In this document: positions 59,491-64,000 of the stretch, in pieces
Position numbering within the stretch: the first letter of the stretch is position 1
How the letters are laid out: each line of letters begins with the position of its first letter
DNA from: Octopus vulgaris
Taxonomy: Eukaryota
Assembly (NCBI GenBank): GCA_951406725.2
Contig: OX597827.1
Coordinates: 35,526,001 to 35,590,000, forward strand
Direction of reading: 5' to 3'
DNA length: 64,000 nucleotides
Translations under genes and position numbers: made by a program
The notes under the pieces: generated by a model
What the model was told of the DNA's origin: nothing
Seen by the model: only the letters and a program-made list of their open reading frames with translations
Databases searched by the model: none

Positions 59491-62400
59491 CTAGCGTAGC
59501 GTCCTGTTGGAACACAAACTAGAAAGATTACTGTAGAAAGTTTTCATGTCTGCATAGAGTTGAGGAAGGTCTATTACAATGATGAAGATAGGAAGTGCAG
59601 ATAGGAGTATCACACCAATAACTCCTATACCTTGAGCCGATCGTCGTTCGTCCGGTGCACTGGTTTTGGCTCGAATTGTTTTAGAGAGTTTCTTTTTATC
59701 TACGGCAAGCTCTTTTTTTAAGCTAGCTTTAAGAATCTCCAACTCCTTCTTGGTGGCTGGTTGCTGTGTCACATCTTCACAAATACAAGGACACATGGGC
59801 ACAGTGGGCGTCACTAAAGAGGCCTGCGTTACTGCAGTGGTTTTTATTATGTCACTGGTTCCTGTTGTGGAACCGGTTCCTATTCTGTCACTGGTTCCTA
59901 TTGTGGAACTGGTTCCTATTCTGTCACTGGTTCCTATTGTGGAATTGGTTCCTATTCTGTCACTGGTTCCTATTGTGGAACTGGTTCCTACTGTGTCTGT
60001 GGTTCCTATTGTGGAACTGGTTTCTATTGTGGAACTGGTTCCTATTGTGACACGGGTTCTTATTGTGGAACTGGCTCCTATTGTATCATTGGTTTCAGTT
60101 GTGGAATCAGTTCCTATTGTGGGACTGGTTTCTGTTGTGTCACTGGTTCCTATTGAGGAACTGGTTTCTGTTGCGTCAGTGGTTCTTATTGTGGAACTGG
60201 CTCCTATTGTATCACTGGTTTCTGTTGTGGAAGCAGTTCCTATTGTGGAACTGGTTCCTGTTGTGTCACTGGTTCCTATTGAGGAACTGGTTTCTGTTGT
60301 GTCAGTGGTTCTTATTGTGGAACTGGCTCCTATTGTATCACTGGTTTCTGTTGTGGAATCAGTTCCTATTGTGGAACTGGTTTCTGTTGTGTCCCTGGTT
60401 CCTATTGAGGAACTGGTTTCTGTTGTGTCAGTGGTTCTTATTGTGGAACTGGCTCCGATTGTATCACTGGTTTCTGTTGTGGAATCAGTTCCTATTGTGG
60501 AACTGGTTTCTGTTGTGTCACTGGTTCCTATTGAGGAAATGGTTTCTGTTCTGCTAGTGGTTCTTATTGTGGAACTGGCTCCTATTGTATCACTGGTTTC
60601 TGTTGTGTCACTGGTTCCTATTGAGGAACTGGTTTCTGTTGTGGAACTGGGTTCTGTTGTGGAGCTGGTTTCTATTGTGGAACTAGGTTCTGTTGTGGAA
60701 CTGGTCCCTATTGTGGAGCTGGTTTCTATTGTGGAACTGGGTTCTGTTGTGGAACTGGTTTCTGTTATGGAACTGGTTCTTGCTATAGAACTGGCGTCTG
60801 TTCTGTCACTGGTTCCTATTGTGGAACTGGTGTCTGCTCTGTCACTGGTTCCTATTGTGGAACTGGCGTCTGTTCTGTCACTGGTTCCTATTGTGGAACT
60901 AGTTCCAACGGTGGAACTAGATCCACTTGTGGAACTGGCTTCTGTTGTGTCACTGGTTCCTATTGTGTCTCCGGTTCTTATTGTGGAACTGGTTTCTTTT
61001 GTACCTGTGGTTCTTATTGTAGAACTGGCTCCTATTGTATCACTAGTTTCTGTTGTGGAAGTGATTCCTATTGAGGAACTGGTTTCTGTTTTGTCAGTGC
61101 TTCCAGTTGTAGAACTGGTTCCTACAGTGGAACTAGTCCCTATTGTGTCAGTAGTTCCAGTTGTGGAACTGGACCCTATTATGGAGCTGGTTTCTATTGT
61201 GGAACTGGGTTCTGTTGTGGAACTGGTTTCTGTTATGGAACTGGTTCTTGCTATAGAACTGGCGTCTGTTCTGTCACTGGTTCCTATTGTGGAACTGGCG
61301 TCTGCTCTGTCACTGGTTCCTATTGTGGAACTGGTTTCTGTTGAGCCCTTGGTTCCTATTGTGGAACTAGTTCCAATGGTGGAACTAGATCCACTTGTGG
61401 AACTGGCTTCTGTTTTTTCACTGGTTCCTATTGTGTCACCGGTTCTTATTGTGGAACTGGTTTCTTTTGTGCCTGTGGTGCTTATTGTAGAACTGGCTCC
61501 TATTGTATCACTAGTTTCTGTTGTGGAAGTGATTCCTATTGAGGAACTGGTTTCTGTTGTGTCAGTGCTTCCAGTTGTGGAACTGGTTCCTACAGTGGAA
61601 CTAGTCCCTATTGTGTCAGTAGTTCCAGTTGTGGAACTGGACCCTATTATGGAGCTGGTTTCTATTGTGGAACTGGGTTCTGTTGTGGAACTGGTTTCTG
61701 TTATGGAACTGGTTCTTGCTATAGAACTGGCGTCTGTTCTGTCACTGGTTCCTATTGTGGAACTGGCGTCTGCTCTGTCACTGGTTCCTATTGTGGAACT
61801 GGCGTCTGTTCTGTCACTGGTTCCTATTGTGGAACTGGCGTCTGTTCTGTCACTGGTTCCTATTGAGGAATTGATTCTTATGGTGGAAACGGTTTGTTTT
61901 GTGGAACTGGCTTCTGTTTTGTCACTGGTTCCTATTGTGTCACTGGTTCCTATTATGGAACTGGTTTTTGTTGTGTTACTGGTACCTATTGTGAAACTGG
62001 TTCCTCTTCCGAATCTGGTTTCTGTTGTGGAGCTGGTTTCTGTTGAGCCCTTGGTTCCTATCGTGGAACTGGTTTCTTTTGTGCCTGTGGTTCTTATTGT
62101 AGAACTGGCTCCTATTGTATCACTAGTTTCTGTTGTGGAAGTGATTCCTATTGTGGAACTAGTTCCAATTGTGGAACTAGATCCACTTGTGGAACTGGCT
62201 TCTGTTTTGTCACTGGTTCCTATTGTGTCACTGGTTCCTCTTCTGAATCTGGTTTCTGTTGAGGGACTGGTTTCTGTTGAGCCCTTGGTTCCTATCGTGG
62301 AACTGGTTCCTATTGTGGAACTAGTTCCAATTGTGGAACTAGATCCACTTGCGGAACTGGTTTCTGTTGTGTCGCTGGTTGATACTGTGTCAATGGTTTG

Positions 62401-62546
62401 TAGTCTAGTGTTTGTTTTGGTTACACCCCTGGGGTTTATTATTTCTCTGGGTCCAGTTAAATCCTCAGAATGAGTCACACCATCATCAGTAACAACGGAT
62501 GGTACTCTACTTGTGAGAGAGGTTGATTTAGGAATGTGAAATGACC
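59491..62546 (-). CDS. Last coding exon of a membrane mucin-like protein: Thr/Ser hexapeptide stalk, CPCIC, basic helix, SAPDERRSA and TM segment
   Basis: More than 1000 open codons. Acceptor tttcatttgtag| with phase 1 matching the upstream exon. Hydrophobic IGVIGVILLSALPIFIIVI segment; stop TAG. Confidence 0.88.
59850..62380. repeat. Coding 18-bp minisatellite with 126-bp and 468-bp higher-order periods
   Basis: Unit gttcctattgtggaactg. ggttcttatt occurs at 60055, 60181, 60307, 60433 and 60559; gctatagaa occurs at 60782, 61250 and 61718. Confidence 0.93.
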
Positions 62547-62637
62547 CTACAAATGAAAAAAACACAGTTTTAGTCATACAAACAGCTTAAAATTGAACAC
62601 AGAACACGAAAATATATAACTAGTTTACTAAACCTGA

Positions 62638-62920
<283 letters not shown>

Positions 62921-63508
62921 TTTAAGAGGCAGAATCACCCTCAAGCAACTCAATCATCATTGAACGTCATTATTCACGATAGGTACATATGGGACTAAAT
63001 ATTAAAAATATCAAAATTAATGGCTTCAATTCTTATTCTAAATCATATACCTTACATTATATAGACTACGCACGTTTCATGACAACATATTCCTCGATAT
63101 TGCTGAAGTAGAAGTTCTCAAATACAATACCATAGTAAAATGATTATATTGCCAATCTTCAGGTCTAGATTATATGAACCTATTTTGCTATTTACATCCT
63201 ATATAAAGACATGACAAACTAAAATTATATAACTAGAAGTTGTCAGAATAATTTTACTTTAGTAAATAATGAACAGAAATGTGGAATAAAAATAGGAAAA
63301 AGAAATGTTAGTAAAAGAAATGTTAACTTATCTGTAGGGTAATTTACTACCCACGAATTAAACAAGGCTACCACATGAATTAAAATTCATCTGTCCCTAG
63401 TGAACAGTCATTAAGACTCTTAACATTATCATAAGCATTACTCTAACTTTTCTTATGAAGTCATTAAAAACATCAAGTATATATATTCACATAAAATTAA
63501 CCACTTAC

Positions 63509-63742
63509 ATGCTATGGGTTTTGTTAGGTCAATATAGTTTCCATCGGTGAGGAGGACTTTGGAGTTCCAGCAGTAAGTCATGATAAGTAATTGACACTGT
63601 CCATTCTTATATGAATAACCACAGCAGTTGGAAGTCGCAGAGCAAACATCTTCACAATACCACACTAAAGAACGGAAGGTAACGTTCGGATATTTTACAC
63701 TGGTATTGATTATTTGGTAAACATTGCTTTTCTTCTGAGTTT
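63509..63742 (-). CDS. Internal exon encoding a PAN/apple-like Cys domain of the mucin-like gene
   Basis: Acceptor tttattgcag|, donor |gtaagt, 234 nt, phase 1-1. CEDVCSATSNCCGYSYKNGQCQL fits C-x3-C-x5-C-x2-Y-x-Y-x4-C-x-L. It splices in frame to 62546. A signal-peptide exon is presumed to lie beyond the window. Confidence 0.8.
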
Positions 63743-64000
63743 CTGCAATAAAGATGTGTAGACAGAGTAAGGATCATCAGACAGAAAGGAAAGGAAGGAA
63801 TAAAAAAAAGGAATGGAAGAAAGAAAGAAAGAAAGAAAGAACAAGAGATAAAATATAAGAAAGAGAAGACAAGAGGGAAAGAAAATGAAAAAGAGAGGAA
63901 GAGAAAGAAGAAATGAAGAAAAGAAGAAAGCAGAAAAGAAAGAGATAGAAAGAAAGTAAAAGAACTATATTACACAACTTAAATTCCCAAAGACAAGCCT

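Noticed and set aside
59666-62473. 935-aa plus-strand ORF (VPIVELVS repeats)
   Set aside because: It is the antisense shadow of the Thr/Ser repeat exon. The minus frame has splice sites, a TM segment and a linked exon; the plus frame has none of these.

Overview
This is AT-rich, microsatellite-dense animal DNA. It is almost certainly from an octopus or related cephalopod, inferred from the tRNA-derived SINE families and the (TA)n/(CA)n/(TATG)n load. Three host genes can be supported: (1) the last coding exon of a two-pore-domain (K2P/TWiK-family) potassium channel (+, 8532-9127); (2) a complete three-exon TMEM127 orthologue (+, 27790-45441, about 610 aa) with a long N-terminal extension rich in PY motifs; (3) the 3' part of a membrane mucin-like gene (-, PAN/apple-like exon plus a Thr/Ser-repeat stalk and a TM segment). 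The rest is transposon debris: RTE and CR1 LINEs, mariner, a pogo/Tc2-like element, Merlin, Helitron-like elements, several SINE families and a foldback hairpin. The exception is one young, 5'-truncated Penelope-like element (Neptune type, RT plus GIY-YIG). The most striking non-coding signal is a set of eight type I hammerhead-ribozyme-like motifs (one of them partial), most with a palindromic stem III. They occur in Penelope-type termini, in an inverted-repeat cassette, in the putative TMEM127 3' UTR and fused behind a tRNA-derived SINE head. Most long ORFs in the supplied track are microsatellite artefacts. All calls were made by eye; no database searches were run.
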